Shown here: positions 7,915 to 17,400 of the stretch, in pieces
How the letters are laid out: each line of letters starts with the position of its first letter
How positions within the stretch are numbered: position 1 is the first letter of the stretch
DNA from: an uncultured Muribaculaceae bacterium
GTDB lineage: Bacteria > Pseudomonadota > Alphaproteobacteria > Rs-D84
DNA length: 32,000 bases
Direction: 5' to 3'
Assembly (NCBI GenBank): GCA_965231035.1
Contig: OZ246409.1
Coordinates: 631,101 to 663,100 of the forward strand
Translations under genes and position numbers: made by a program
The notes under the pieces: generated by a model
The model's database searches: none
The model's input: only the letters and a program-made list of their open reading frames with translations
Told to the model about the DNA's origin: nothing

Positions 7915-10626
7915 ATGTCTGAAATTAATGAATCACATGAAATAAATGAAATAAAAGTCCCAACAAGTTCGCTGGAACATGAAATGAGAACAAGCTTCTT
8001 GGACTATGCAATGTCGGTTATTGTTGACCGTGCTTTGCCAGATGTTCGTGATGGATGTAAACCTGTTCATCGTCGTATTTTATACGTTATGAATGATGTC
8101 GCACCTGCAACACGTGCAACGGTTAAATCTGCAACAATTGTTGGTCGTGTTATGGGTGATTTTCACCCTCATGGCGACAGTTCAATTTATGATGCGATGG
8201 CACGTATGGCCCAGGACTTTTCTATGGGCGAAATGTTGGTCCAGGGTCAGGGTAACTTTGGTTCTCGCGATGGTGATAAACCGGCGGCTATGCGTTATAC
8301 CGAGGCCAGACTTTCAAAATTGGGCGCATCATTGATGGATGATATGGACAAAGAAACTGTTGATTGGATGCCGAACTTTGCAAACACTTTGAACGAGCCT
8401 GTGGTTCTGCCGGCAAAGTTCCCAAACTTTTTGGTAAACGGTGGATCTGGTATTGCGGTTGGTATGGCGACAAACGTTCCGACATATAACTTGGGCGAAG
8501 TAAGCAATGGAATTTTGGCAATTTTAGATAACAGAAATATAACTGATGATGAATTGTTCGGAATTATACCAGCACCTGATTTTCCAACAGGTGGAATAAT
8601 TATGGGACGTGCAGGTGCTTATAAGGCACACAATACTGGACGTGGTTCTATTATTGTTCGTTCAAAAACACATATCGAGGATTTTCGTGACCACGAAGCA
8701 ATTGTTGTTGATGAAATTCCATACCAGGTTAACAAGGCTCAGTTAATAATTAAAATACATGAACTGGCCAAGGATAAAAGAATAGAAGGAATTTCTGAAA
8801 TACGTGATGAATCTTCCAAGGAAGGATTACGAGTTGTAATCGAACTGAAACGTGATGCAATTGCAGATGTTGTGTTGAATCATTTGTTCCAGTACACAGA
8901 AATGCAAACAAGTTTCCCTGTAAATATGATGGCGTTGAATCGTGGTCGCCCAATGTTATTTAATGTTCGTGGCGTTTTGGATTCATTTATAGAATTCCGT
9001 GAAGAAGTAATTCGCAGACGTACAATATTTGAATTGAACAAGGCACGTAATCGTGCACATACTTTATTGGGATTGTCTGTGGCGGTTGGAAATCTGGACG
9101 AAATTATCACTTTGATTAAGGGCAGTGAATCCCCCGAGGCTGCACGCGAGGCATTGTTATCACGTGGCTGGAAGGCTTCTGATATCGAAAGCTATATCAA
9201 ATTAATTGATGATCCAAACACTGAATACAAAGATGGAATGTTCCATATGTCAGAAGAGCAGGCCAAAGCAATCTTGGAATTGCAACTGCACAGATTGACA
9301 GGTCTGGAACGTGAAAAAATTCATAATGATTTGACTGCGCTGGGATCTGTAATAAAAGATTTGTTGGATATCTTGGGCAGCCATAAACGCATTATTCAAA
9401 TCATCCGCGACGAAACAACAGCTGTTCGTGACAATTGGGCATCTGAACGTCGTACAGAAATATCTGATGCCGAAATTGATATTGATATCGAAGATTTGAT
9501 TGCACGCGAAGATATGGTTATCACAGTTTCAAATACCGGATACATCAAACGTGTTGCATTAGATACATATCGTGCACAAAAACGTGGTGGCAAGGGACGC
9601 AATGCAATGACAACCAAAGACGACGATTATGTTGTTCAGGTGTTTGTTGCAAATACTCATACTCCATTGCTGTTCTTCTCGTCTGCGGGTATATGCTATA
9701 AATTGAAAACTTATAAATTACCCGAGGCTGCTGCAAATGCCAAAGGTCGTCCATTGGTCAACTTGTTGCCATTATCAAACGGCGAAACAATTACTGCAAT
9801 ATTGCCAGAACCAGAAGATAAAGAAAACTTCTTGATGTTTGCAACATCATCTGGAAATGTTCGCCGCAATAAAACATCTGATTTCGAAAGCATTCGTGCA
9901 AATGGAAAAATTGCTATGAAATTAGATGAAGGCGATACACTGATTTCTGTTCTGCCATGCAAAGAAAATCAAGATGTATTCTTGTCAACATATCGTGGTC
10001 GTTGCATCAGATTTTCTGTCGATGAAATTCGTGTGTTTGCTGGTCGTGCCAGTGACGGTATCCGTGGAATAAAACTGGAAAAAAGTGATCGTATAATCGG
10101 AATGGCAATGTTGAACCATGGTGAAAGTGATTCTGCTGTGCGTGCCGCTTATATAAAACAAAGCCGTGCTGCACGTCGTGCTGCGACCGGTATTGAAGAA
10201 GAAGCAGATACAGACGAAGAAGAATCAACAACTTTGGTCTTGGACGATGCAAAAATGAAAGAAATGGCTGCACGCGAAGAATTTATTCTGACAATTTCAG
10301 AAAATGGATTTGGAAAGCGCACCAGTTCTTATGAATATCGTTTAACACATCGTGGTGGTGGCGGATTTGCAAATATTAAATTGGGTGGCAAAAATACAGC
10401 AGTAGCAGGATCTTTCCCAATTAATAATGATTATGACATTATGATGGTAACAGATGGTGGTAAAATTATCAGAACACCAGTTGCAGCCGTCAGAATTGCG
10501 GGTCGCGCAACCGCAGGTGTAACATTGTTCCGAACAGCCGAAGGCGAAAAAGTAGTTTCTGCCGTCGCAATTGAAAAAGAAGAAACATCAGAAGAAGAAA
10601 CCAAAGAAGTTGAATCTAATGAATAA
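7915..10626 (+). CDS. gyrA: DNA gyrase subunit A
   Basis: LPDVRDGCKPVHRRILY, the catalytic-Tyr region AAMRYTEARL, the GyrA box QKRGGKGRN, C-terminal beta-pinwheel repeats and an acidic tail. AAGGA lies 9 nt upstream of the ATG. Confidence 0.97.
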   Translation: MSEINESHEINEIKVPTSSLEHEMRTSFLDYAMSVIVDRALPDVRDGCKPVHRRILYVMNDVAPATRATVKSATIVGRVMGDFHPHGDSSIYDAMARMAQDFSMGEMLVQGQGNFGSRDGDKPAAMRYTEARLSKLGASLMDDMDKETVDWMPNFANTLNEPVVLPAKFPNFLVNGGSGIAVGMATNVPTYNLGEVSNGILAILDNRNITDDELFGIIPAPDFPTGGIIMGRAGAYKAHNTGRGSIIVRSKTHIEDFRDHEAIVVDEIPYQVNKAQLIIKIHELAKDKRIEGISEIRDESSKEGLRVVIELKRDAIADVVLNHLFQYTEMQTSFPVNMMALNRGRPMLFNVRGVLDSFIEFREEVIRRRTIFELNKARNRAHTLLGLSVAVGNLDEIITLIKGSESPEAAREALLSRGWKASDIESYIKLIDDPNTEYKDGMFHMSEEQAKAILELQLHRLTGLEREKIHNDLTALGSVIKDLLDILGSHKRIIQIIRDETTAVRDNWASERRTEISDAEIDIDIEDLIAREDMVITVSNTGYIKRVALDTYRAQKRGGKGRNAMTTKDDDYVVQVFVANTHTPLLFFSSAGICYKLKTYKLPEAAANAKGRPLVNLLPLSNGETITAILPEPEDKENFLMFATSSGNVRRNKTSDFESIRANGKIAMKLDEGDTLISVLPCKENQDVFLSTYRGRCIRFSVDEIRVFAGRASDGIRGIKLEKSDRIIGMAMLNHGESDSAVRAAYIKQSRAARRAATGIEEEADTDEEESTTLVLDDAKMKEMAAREEFILTISENGFGKRTSSYEYRLTHRGGGGFANIKLGGKNTAVAGSFPINNDYDIMMVTDGGKIIRTPVAAVRIAGRATAGVTLFRTAEGEKVVSAVAIEKEETSEEETKEVESNE

Positions 10627-11020
10627 TGAATACTTTTTATCAATCAATGATGTGGCGGTTCGATTAGATTTGCCGGCTCATACTTTGCGATACTGGGAAA
10701 AACAATTCCCAGTCGCAATAAAGCCGACAACTGGTGCCGGTGGGCGACGTTATTATCGTGCTGAAACGGTTGGTAATTTGGAAACTATCAAAGATTTACT
10801 TTATAATCGTGGGATGACAATTGCTGGGGTTAAAAAGTTATTGAAAGAAGGTAAGTTACCAGAGCGTCCAGATTTTATTGATGGAATTGATAAAAAAGAA
10901 AACGAAAAGAAAGTTGTTCAGAAAAAAACAGAAAAATCTGATAATGGTTTATTTTCGCCTAAATCAGAAATTAATCAGGCTATTGATTTATTAGAACGTG
11001 CAAAGAAAGAATTAAGGTAA
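10619..11020 (+). CDS. MerR family transcriptional regulator
   Basis: HTH signature LSINDVAVRLDLPAHTLRYWEKQFPVAIKPTTGAGGRRYY. The track ORF starts at TTG 10571, inside the gyrA acidic tail. The first ATG (10619) gives MNNEYFLSINDVA and overlaps the gyrA stop by 8 nt (ATGAATAA). Confidence 0.8.
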   Translation: MNNEYFLSINDVAVRLDLPAHTLRYWEKQFPVAIKPTTGAGGRRYYRAETVGNLETIKDLLYNRGMTIAGVKKLLKEGKLPERPDFIDGIDKKENEKKVVQKKTEKSDNGLFSPKSEINQAIDLLERAKKELR

Positions 11021-11025
11021 GTAAA

Positions 11026-11730
11026 ATGAGAACGATAAAAAATATAAGTATCTTGGGTGATTCTATTTCCAAGGGTGTTATTCTGGATAGAATTTCGAAA
11101 AAATATAAATTGTTAAAAGATTCTGCGGCGGATTTATTCAGTCGTGAAAATAATGTCCCTGTGTTCAATCATTCCAGGTTTGGTTGTACCAGTGAAAAAG
11201 CATTAAATATCGTTCAAGATATGTTAAAGGAAAATAAAACATCGGATATATTCTTGATAGAACTTGGTGGAAATGATTGTGATTATAATTGGGATGAAGT
11301 TGCAAAAGACCCAGATTTTGACCATAAACCAAATGTAATATTGGAAAAATTTAAACAAAATATTTCCAGGATAATTGAAATTATCAAGGCCAGCGGACAT
11401 GATTTAGCTTTTATGACTTTGCCACCAATTGATTCAGAAAAATACTTTAATTGGATAACTCGTGGTGACCCACAAAGAATAGAAAATATTCAAAAGTTTC
11501 TGGGTGAAAGAAACTACATTTACAGACACCAAGAATTGTATGCGGGTGCTTTGGAAGAAATTGCAATCAAAAACGATGTTTATAAAATTCCTGTTCGTGC
11601 GGGATTTTTGGCAATACCAAAATGTGGCGATTATATTTGTGATGACGGGATACATTTAAATGAAAATGGTCAAGAAATTATGAAAGGCATATTCAACGAT
11701 ACGTACAATCAGTATATGGGAATAAAATAA
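11026..11730 (+). CDS. SGNH/GDSL hydrolase family protein, cytoplasmic (no signal peptide)
   Basis: Block I ILGDSISKG, block III ELGGNDCD and block V DDGIHLNENG (DxxH). Confidence 0.8.
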   Translation: MRTIKNISILGDSISKGVILDRISKKYKLLKDSAADLFSRENNVPVFNHSRFGCTSEKALNIVQDMLKENKTSDIFLIELGGNDCDYNWDEVAKDPDFDHKPNVILEKFKQNISRIIEIIKASGHDLAFMTLPPIDSEKYFNWITRGDPQRIENIQKFLGERNYIYRHQELYAGALEEIAIKNDVYKIPVRAGFLAIPKCGDYICDDGIHLNENGQEIMKGIFNDTYNQYMGIK

Positions 11731-11757
11731 AAATCCCCGCAATTTGCGGGGTTATTT
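11731..11757. terminator. Bidirectional intrinsic terminator shared by the SGNH hydrolase gene and tRNA-Glu
   Basis: AAAT-CCCCGCA-ATT-TGCGGGG-TTATTTT. The 7-bp GC-rich stem (11735..11751) is flanked by A/T runs on both sides. Confidence 0.8.
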
Positions 11758-11832
11758 TGGCAGTCCCAACGGGAATCGAACCCGTGTTTCCAGAATGAGA
11801 ATCTGGCATCCTGACCGCTAGATGATGGGACC
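11758..11832 (-). tRNA. tRNA-Glu (anticodon CUC)
   Basis: The reverse strand folds as GGTCCCA TC ATC TAGCGGTCAG GAT G CCAGA TTCTCAT TCTGG AAAC ACGGG TTCGATT CCCGT TGGGACT G CCA. This is a full cloverleaf with a 3-bp D stem as in tRNA-Glu. The anticodon CTC is the rc of 11797..11799, and CCA is encoded. Position 1:72 is a G-U pair. Confidence 0.88.
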
Positions 11833-11892
11833 AATGTTTTCAGAGTGTAGATTGGAAAGTGGATAGTGTAAAGGGAAAATATTATTTTATTA

Positions 11893-11920
11893 TTGCAAAT
11901 TTGATAAAAATATCTATAAT
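11893..11920 (+). promoter_or_regulatory. Candidate sigma70 promoter for tRNA-Gln (TTGCAA-16-TATAAT)
   Basis: -35 TTGCAA at 11893..11898, a 16-nt spacer, then -10 TATAAT at 11915..11920. The tRNA 5' end is 12 nt downstream. Confidence 0.45.
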
Positions 11921-11931
11921 TGCCAGAGCTT

Positions 11932-12005
11932 TGGGGCATCGTCTAACGGTAGGACAAGAGATTTTGGTTCTCTTTATCGCGGTTCGAATCCGTGTGCCCC
12001 AACCA
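11932..12005 (+). tRNA. tRNA-Gln (anticodon UUG)
   Basis: Folds as TGGGGCA TC GTCT AACGGT AGGAC A AGAGA TTTTGGT TCTCT TTAT CGCGG TTCGAAT CCGTG TGCCCCA A CCA. It has the U1-A72 pair typical of bacterial tRNA-Gln, anticodon TTG, and an encoded CCA. Confidence 0.9.
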
Positions 12006-12011
12006 ATATTT

Positions 12012-12039
12012 AAATCGGCACAATGCCGATTTATTTTTT
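12012..12039 (+). terminator. Rho-independent terminator after tRNA-Gln
   Basis: AAATCGGCA (12012..12020), loop CAA, TGCCGATTT (12024..12032), then ATTTTTT. Confidence 0.75.
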
Positions 12040-12041
12040 CC

Positions 12042-12069
12042 TTGATTTTTAATTATTAAAAACTATAAT
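12042..12069 (+). promoter_or_regulatory. Candidate sigma70 promoter of the MarR-efflux operon (TTGATT-16-TATAAT)
   Basis: -35 TTGATT at 12042..12047, a 16-nt spacer, then -10 TATAAT at 12064..12069. The -10 overlaps the ATG at 12068 that the ORF track uses as a start. Confidence 0.4.
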
Positions 12070-12127
12070 GATTATGAATTTTAATAATCTATATATTCCT
12101 GTATATAAAATTAAAAAGGGGGTTCCT

Positions 12128-12577
12128 GTGGCAAAACGAGAATTTGTTCATCTTATAGAAGAAAACCTGCTGATTCTTGATAAGCTGGGGGAACGTCTTA
12201 AAATAGATGCAGCCAGTATATCAAAATATCCACGTCAGCAATTAACAGCGCTTGTCAGACTTTATGTAGGGGGCAAAGCAAAACTGAAGGATATTGCGCG
12301 TCGCGAATTTGTAACAACACCAAATCTGTGTGCCACTTTTAAAAGACTAGAACATGATGGTTTGGTATTGCGAACTGTTGATGAAGAAGATCGCAGAAAT
12401 ACTTGGTATTCTGTTACAAAAATTGGTGAAGAACTAGCGCATCGTACGCTGGAAGAATTTCGTGAAGGTATTGAAACTATATTTAAAAAAATGGGTAAAG
12501 AAGACGAAGTAAAATTAATTGGTGCGTTAAAAATAATGAATGAATTATTAATAAAAATGGAGGCTGTAAATGCGTAA
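12128..12577 (+). CDS. MarR family transcriptional regulator
   Basis: Winged-helix region KLKDIARREFVTTPNLCATFKRLEHDGLVLRTVDEEDRRNTWYSVTKIGEEL. The track start at 12068 lies within or upstream of the predicted -10 and has no SD. The in-frame GTG at 12128 is preceded by AAGGGGG at 5 nt and gives a 149-aa product, the usual MarR size. The alternative start at 12068 cannot be excluded. Confidence 0.8.
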   Translation: MAKREFVHLIEENLLILDKLGERLKIDAASISKYPRQQLTALVRLYVGGKAKLKDIARREFVTTPNLCATFKRLEHDGLVLRTVDEEDRRNTWYSVTKIGEELAHRTLEEFREGIETIFKKMGKEDEVKLIGALKIMNELLIKMEAVNA

Positions 12578-13877
12578 GTTTGGTTTGTTATCTGTTGTGT
12601 GTGTTTCTGTGATATTTGCACAAAACGTTTGGGCAATGGATTTGTCTTTTAATGATGCTGTTGAAAAAGTTATAAAAGAATCCGAAGATTTGAAAAAGGC
12701 GGATGCTAATGTTAAAAAGGCTGAAGCCTCGTTGGATGCCGTTAATGCAAACAGATGGTTTAATGTCGAAGGTTCAGCAACATATATGAATCTGGTAAAT
12801 GTAGAAAAACCACTAAGTGGCGAAGGAATTGCGTTTCCTGTATCAATACCAGGTTTGCCGATACCACCTGTAAATATGTCTGTTCCAGATAATATTCTGA
12901 TGGCGGGTGTTACTGTTAATCAGCCTATTTATACTTTTGGTAAAATTGGGAACGCTGTTGACGCGGTACATTCTGCAATCAGCATGTCAGAGTCCGGAAG
13001 AGAATTAGCAAAACGTGAAGTCAGATATGCAGCAGCCCAGCTTTACTGGACAGCCAAGATGACAGATAATACCGTAAAGGTTTATGAAAAATCTTTGTCG
13101 GATGCTGTTGATGCAAAAAATAAACTGACTGCAGCTGGTCGTGCAAATAAATCCAATTTGATTAAATTGGAATCTGATATTGCCACCAAAGAAGTAAATT
13201 TGGCAGATGCAAAATTCAATCGTGATACAGCGAACAGAATGCTGAAAATTATGGCAGGAATTGATGTCAACGAAGATTTAAATTTAAGAGATGATATACC
13301 TGCAAAGTTTAATGATTTGAATGCTGGTCCAATTAAATCAAATCCAGAATGGGAAATGTTGGAAGAACAAGTCAGAATGTATGAAGAAAATGCTTCTTCA
13401 AAACGTGCTGGTCATTATCCAACTTTGGCAGCAACTGGTTCATATAATTATATTGCTTCGAATACAACATCTGATGTTTTTGCAGGCAGCAAAACCCAAG
13501 CGGCATATTGGGGTGTTGCATTAAAAGTTCCAATCTTTGATGGTGGTTTGTCACGTGCAAATGCAACAGTAGAAGCAATGAATGCCGAAGCCGCACACCA
13601 AGATTTGGACAAGTCTAAAAAAACAAAAACCGAAGAATATAATACTGCGGTAAGAAAGTATGATCATTTACGTGAAGATTTAAAGAATCTTGAAAATGCA
13701 CGTGATTTGGCACAAAGGGCTTACAGTATTTCGCACGAAAGATTTGCCGCAGGCCAAACTTCGGCTGTAGAATTGTCAGATGTTTCTGCTGCTTTATCGC
13801 AATTGGATATGGCGGTTTTGAATGCTAAATACAATATTTTAATGTCTGCTGAAACAATCAAAAAATTGGGGGAATAA
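12570..13877 (+). CDS. TolC-family outer membrane efflux protein
   Basis: Signal peptide MRKFGLLSVVCVSVIFAQNVWA. There are two repeated helical halves with the OEP pattern (LSFNDAVEKVIKESEDLKKA..; ..YPTLAATGSYNY..; ..VPIFDGG..). GGAGG lies 6 nt upstream, and the start overlaps the marR stop by 8 nt. Confidence 0.85.
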   Translation: MRKFGLLSVVCVSVIFAQNVWAMDLSFNDAVEKVIKESEDLKKADANVKKAEASLDAVNANRWFNVEGSATYMNLVNVEKPLSGEGIAFPVSIPGLPIPPVNMSVPDNILMAGVTVNQPIYTFGKIGNAVDAVHSAISMSESGRELAKREVRYAAAQLYWTAKMTDNTVKVYEKSLSDAVDAKNKLTAAGRANKSNLIKLESDIATKEVNLADAKFNRDTANRMLKIMAGIDVNEDLNLRDDIPAKFNDLNAGPIKSNPEWEMLEEQVRMYEENASSKRAGHYPTLAATGSYNYIASNTTSDVFAGSKTQAAYWGVALKVPIFDGGLSRANATVEAMNAEAAHQDLDKSKKTKTEEYNTAVRKYDHLREDLKNLENARDLAQRAYSISHERFAAGQTSAVELSDVSAALSQLDMAVLNAKYNILMSAETIKKLGE

Positions 13878-13878
13878 G

Positions 13879-14439
13879 ATGAAATATAAAAAACTGCTTT
13901 ATATTTTACTGGCGGTTATTTTGCTTGTTTGGGTTGGGTATCGTGCATATGTTATAAATTCCGAAAGTGCACGTCAGGTTTTTAATCCAATCAGGGCAGA
14001 ATTGGAACATGGTGCTCCTGTTAATAAAATCGAAGTAGAAAAAAAAGTTGGAACATTAAAAGAACCAATATTTGTTAAAAATAACCGCGCTTTGGTATCT
14101 GGAATCAGAATAAATAAATTCAAAATTGGGCAAGTTGTTGAAGGCGGAAAAATAGTTTCCGTTTCAAATCAGATAGATTTGGATTCTGGTTTGTTCTTGG
14201 TAAAAACCTCTGGTGTTCCAGATGGGACACATTTTGTAGAGGTAAAATACAATGGATTCTTTGTACCTGCGTACGCGGTCAAAGACGGTTTTGTAATGGT
14301 TTCTGAAAATGGTATCGCAAAGCAAAGAAAAGTAACAGTTATTGCCCAAGATTCAGAGAATGCGGCTATTTCAGATGGGTTATTAAATGGTGATGTCGTT
14401 ATATTGTCACAAGCAGATGATGGAGAGAAAGTAAGATGA
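13879..14439 (+). CDS. Very short (186 aa) putative RND periplasmic adaptor (membrane fusion protein-like)
   Basis: Occupies the adaptor slot between the OMF and RND genes. It has one N-terminal TM helix (LLYILLAVILLVWVGY). The C-terminal segment VPAYAVKDGFVMVSENGIAKQRKVTVIAQDSENAAISDGLLNGDVVILS resembles the C-terminal beta-barrel end of AcrA/MexA-type adaptors. GGGGGA SD. The stop overlaps the RND start (ATGA). Confidence 0.6.
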   Translation: MKYKKLLYILLAVILLVWVGYRAYVINSESARQVFNPIRAELEHGAPVNKIEVEKKVGTLKEPIFVKNNRALVSGIRINKFKIGQVVEGGKIVSVSNQIDLDSGLFLVKTSGVPDGTHFVEVKYNGFFVPAYAVKDGFVMVSENGIAKQRKVTVIAQDSENAAISDGLLNGDVVILSQADDGEKVR

Positions 14440-17400
14440 TAAAATTCTTTGTAAAGCATCCAATTACAACAATTATGTTTGTTTTGTTCTGGGTAGTTCT
14501 GGGTTTAGTTGCGTACCCAAATATGAATGTTGAACGTCAGCCAGCGGTTGATTTTCCAATGGTCACAGCCAGCTTTGTTTACCCTGGTGCATCACCTGAT
14601 GAAGTTGAATCGCAGGTAATTAAAAAGACCGAAGACGCAGTTTCACAAGTCGCAGGAATTAAAAAAATTACATCCCAAGCCTTTGAAAATGGTGGATATG
14701 TAATGGCTGAATTTAACTTGGGTGTCAATGTTAATGACAAGGCATCCGAAGTAAAAGCCAAACTGGAATCAATCGCGGGCGAATATCCAGACGAATTAAA
14801 AAAGCCTGTTGTTGAAAAATTGAATCCTTTGCAGGAATCTGTTTTGGATATTGTTTTATCGGGTGAAAATGTTCGTGATCTTCAACATTTTGCTGATAAC
14901 GTTCTAAGCCAGAAAATAACAGCGGTAAACGGTGTTGCGTCTGTTTCAATTTATGGTGGTGAACAACGTGCAGTTCGAATCTTTTTGGATCCAGAACGTA
15001 TGGCCGCACAGGGTATGTCTATTAATGATGTTGTAGGTGCAATTGCATCGCATAATTTAAATGTCCCCAGTGGAAGATTAGAAATAGGTGACAGCTCTAA
15101 TACTATTCGTTTTGTTGGTGAATTCAAAACAGTCAAAGATATTTCTGATTTAGAATTGACTACATCCGAAGGTGCAATGTTCCGTTTAAGTGATATCGCA
15201 CGAGTTGAAGATTCTGCATTGGATCAAACAACAGGTGCACGTTATAACGGAAAAAATGTTGTGACTGTATCAGTTATCAAGGCTTCGGACGGTAATGCAA
15301 TTAAGATATCTCGTGAACTGCATAAACGTTTGCCAGATATGGAAAAAGTAATGCAGGATTATTTTGTAAATAATGGTGGTCAGGCAAATGCAGCCAAAAT
15401 GCAAATAATTTCAGATTCTTCGACCGCAATACAACACGATACCAAAGGTACAGTCAGTGATATTATTTTGGGACTGGTCTTAACAGTTATAGTTTTATTG
15501 GCATTCACAAGAAACTGGCGAACAACCGTTATAGCCGGTGTTATGATTCCAGCATCTTTGATTTCAGGATTCTTCTTTATGGATGTCAGCGGATTTACAA
15601 TTAATTCTATGACATTGTTGGCTATGGCAACCGCTTTGGGTACGCTGATTACGGACGCAATTGTTTTAATTGAATCTGCATTGGCGCTGATTGATAAAGG
15701 TTATTCACCAGAAGATGCCGCAGTTATGGGAACCAAGAAAGTAGCGGTTCGAATATTTGCAACAATTGCAACACACGTTGTGGTGTTCTTGCCTTTGGCA
15801 TTTATGGGCGGAATTGCGGGTCAATTTATGAAACAGTTCGGATTGTCAGTTGTTTATTTTGTTTTGTTATCTTCTATGTTTTCTTTCACTTTGACACCAA
15901 TGATGATTTCAAAAATATTAAGAAAGACGAAAAATAAAAAAGAAAAGAAAAAGAACGAATTGGGATGGTTCAAAAAATATTATGATTGGCAGGTTAACAA
16001 ACCTTGGGCTGCTGTTGGTATCGCAGTGCTGGCTTTGATTATAACTATAATTCCAATGCGCTGGGTGGGCAGTGAATTTTCACCAAGTACGGATGTTGAC
16101 GAAATAACAGTGCATGTTCGTTCGGAATCTGGAACAACTTTTAAAAAGTCCGAAGAAATAGCATCAGAAATCGAAAATATTATAAATAAAACAAAAGATG
16201 TTAAATTCGTTTCTGTAAAAATAGGTGATCGTGGAACACAAAATATCTTAGCCAAAGTTGGATTGATTGATCGTGAAAAACGTAACAGTTCTGACAAAGA
16301 AATCGCGCGCGAAATTTTGCCAAAACTATCAGAAATTCCTGGTGTAGAAGTTCAAATTCGCGCGGGGCAGGCAATGGGTGGAATGATTCAAAACGACATT
16401 GTTTTGAATATTACAGGTGAAGATAATGCCACGCGTGAAATGTATGCAAAACAGGTTTTGGAAATCTTGAACCAAATTCCTGAAATTCAATCTGCTGTGT
16501 TTGCATCGCAAAAACCTGGAACTGAATTGAATTTCGTTCCAAATCAAGACAGTATGAAACTGTGGGGCATAAATAATCAAAAGGCTGGTATCGCATTACG
16601 TACAGCTGTTTATGGAAATGATACATATAAATACAAAGAAAATGGAACCGAATATCCAATCGTTATGGGTCTGGCACCAGAATACAAAAGTAACGAAATG
16701 TTTAGTTCTGTGTTTGTTGGATCAAACAAGGGGTTAATACCACTTTCTGATTTGGGAAAAATAGAACAAGACCAGGGCAGTTCGGATATCAGAAGACTTA
16801 ACAAAAGCCGTGTAACCGAAATTGATATCAACTTGGGCAAATCAACAATCGTTCCGGTTCAAGGTGAAATTGTAAAACAAATTTCTAAACTAAGCTGGAA
16901 GGCTGGTTATGGATATTCGTTTGGTGGTATGTCGGAAATTCAAAGCGAATCTTCGGTTGAAATGACCAAGGCTTTCTTGATGGCTACAATTTTAACCTTT
17001 ATGGTTTTGGCAGCAATTATGAATTCTTTGGCACATCCATTCACAATAGTTACATCAATTCTGACCAGCTTTACAGGTGTATTTGTTCTGATATTCCTGA
17101 TGGGTGCGAATATAAACATAGCAGCTATGTTGTCAGTGGTTATGTTAGTTGGGTTGGCGGTCAGTACGAACATCTTGTTGCTAGAGCCCACGTTGGAAGA
17201 AATAGCCAAAGGTGTACCAGCAACAAAAGCATTATGGGAACAATTTATTGACAAGAAACGTATGCTACTGATGACCACAGTTGCGGTTGTATCTGGATTG
17301 GTTCCACAGTTATGGTCTGCAGACGGTATCAAGGTTTCAATGGGTGCTGTAATTATTGGTGGAATCTTGGCATCGTTGTTCTGGACTTTCTTTTTAACAC

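Noticed and set aside
16940-17332. 130-aa minus-strand ORF inside the RND gene; similar cases are 30243..30761 inside the CPA2 gene and 6232..6642 inside valS
   Set aside because: These are antisense shadow ORFs within strongly supported genes, with no SD or recognisable motifs.
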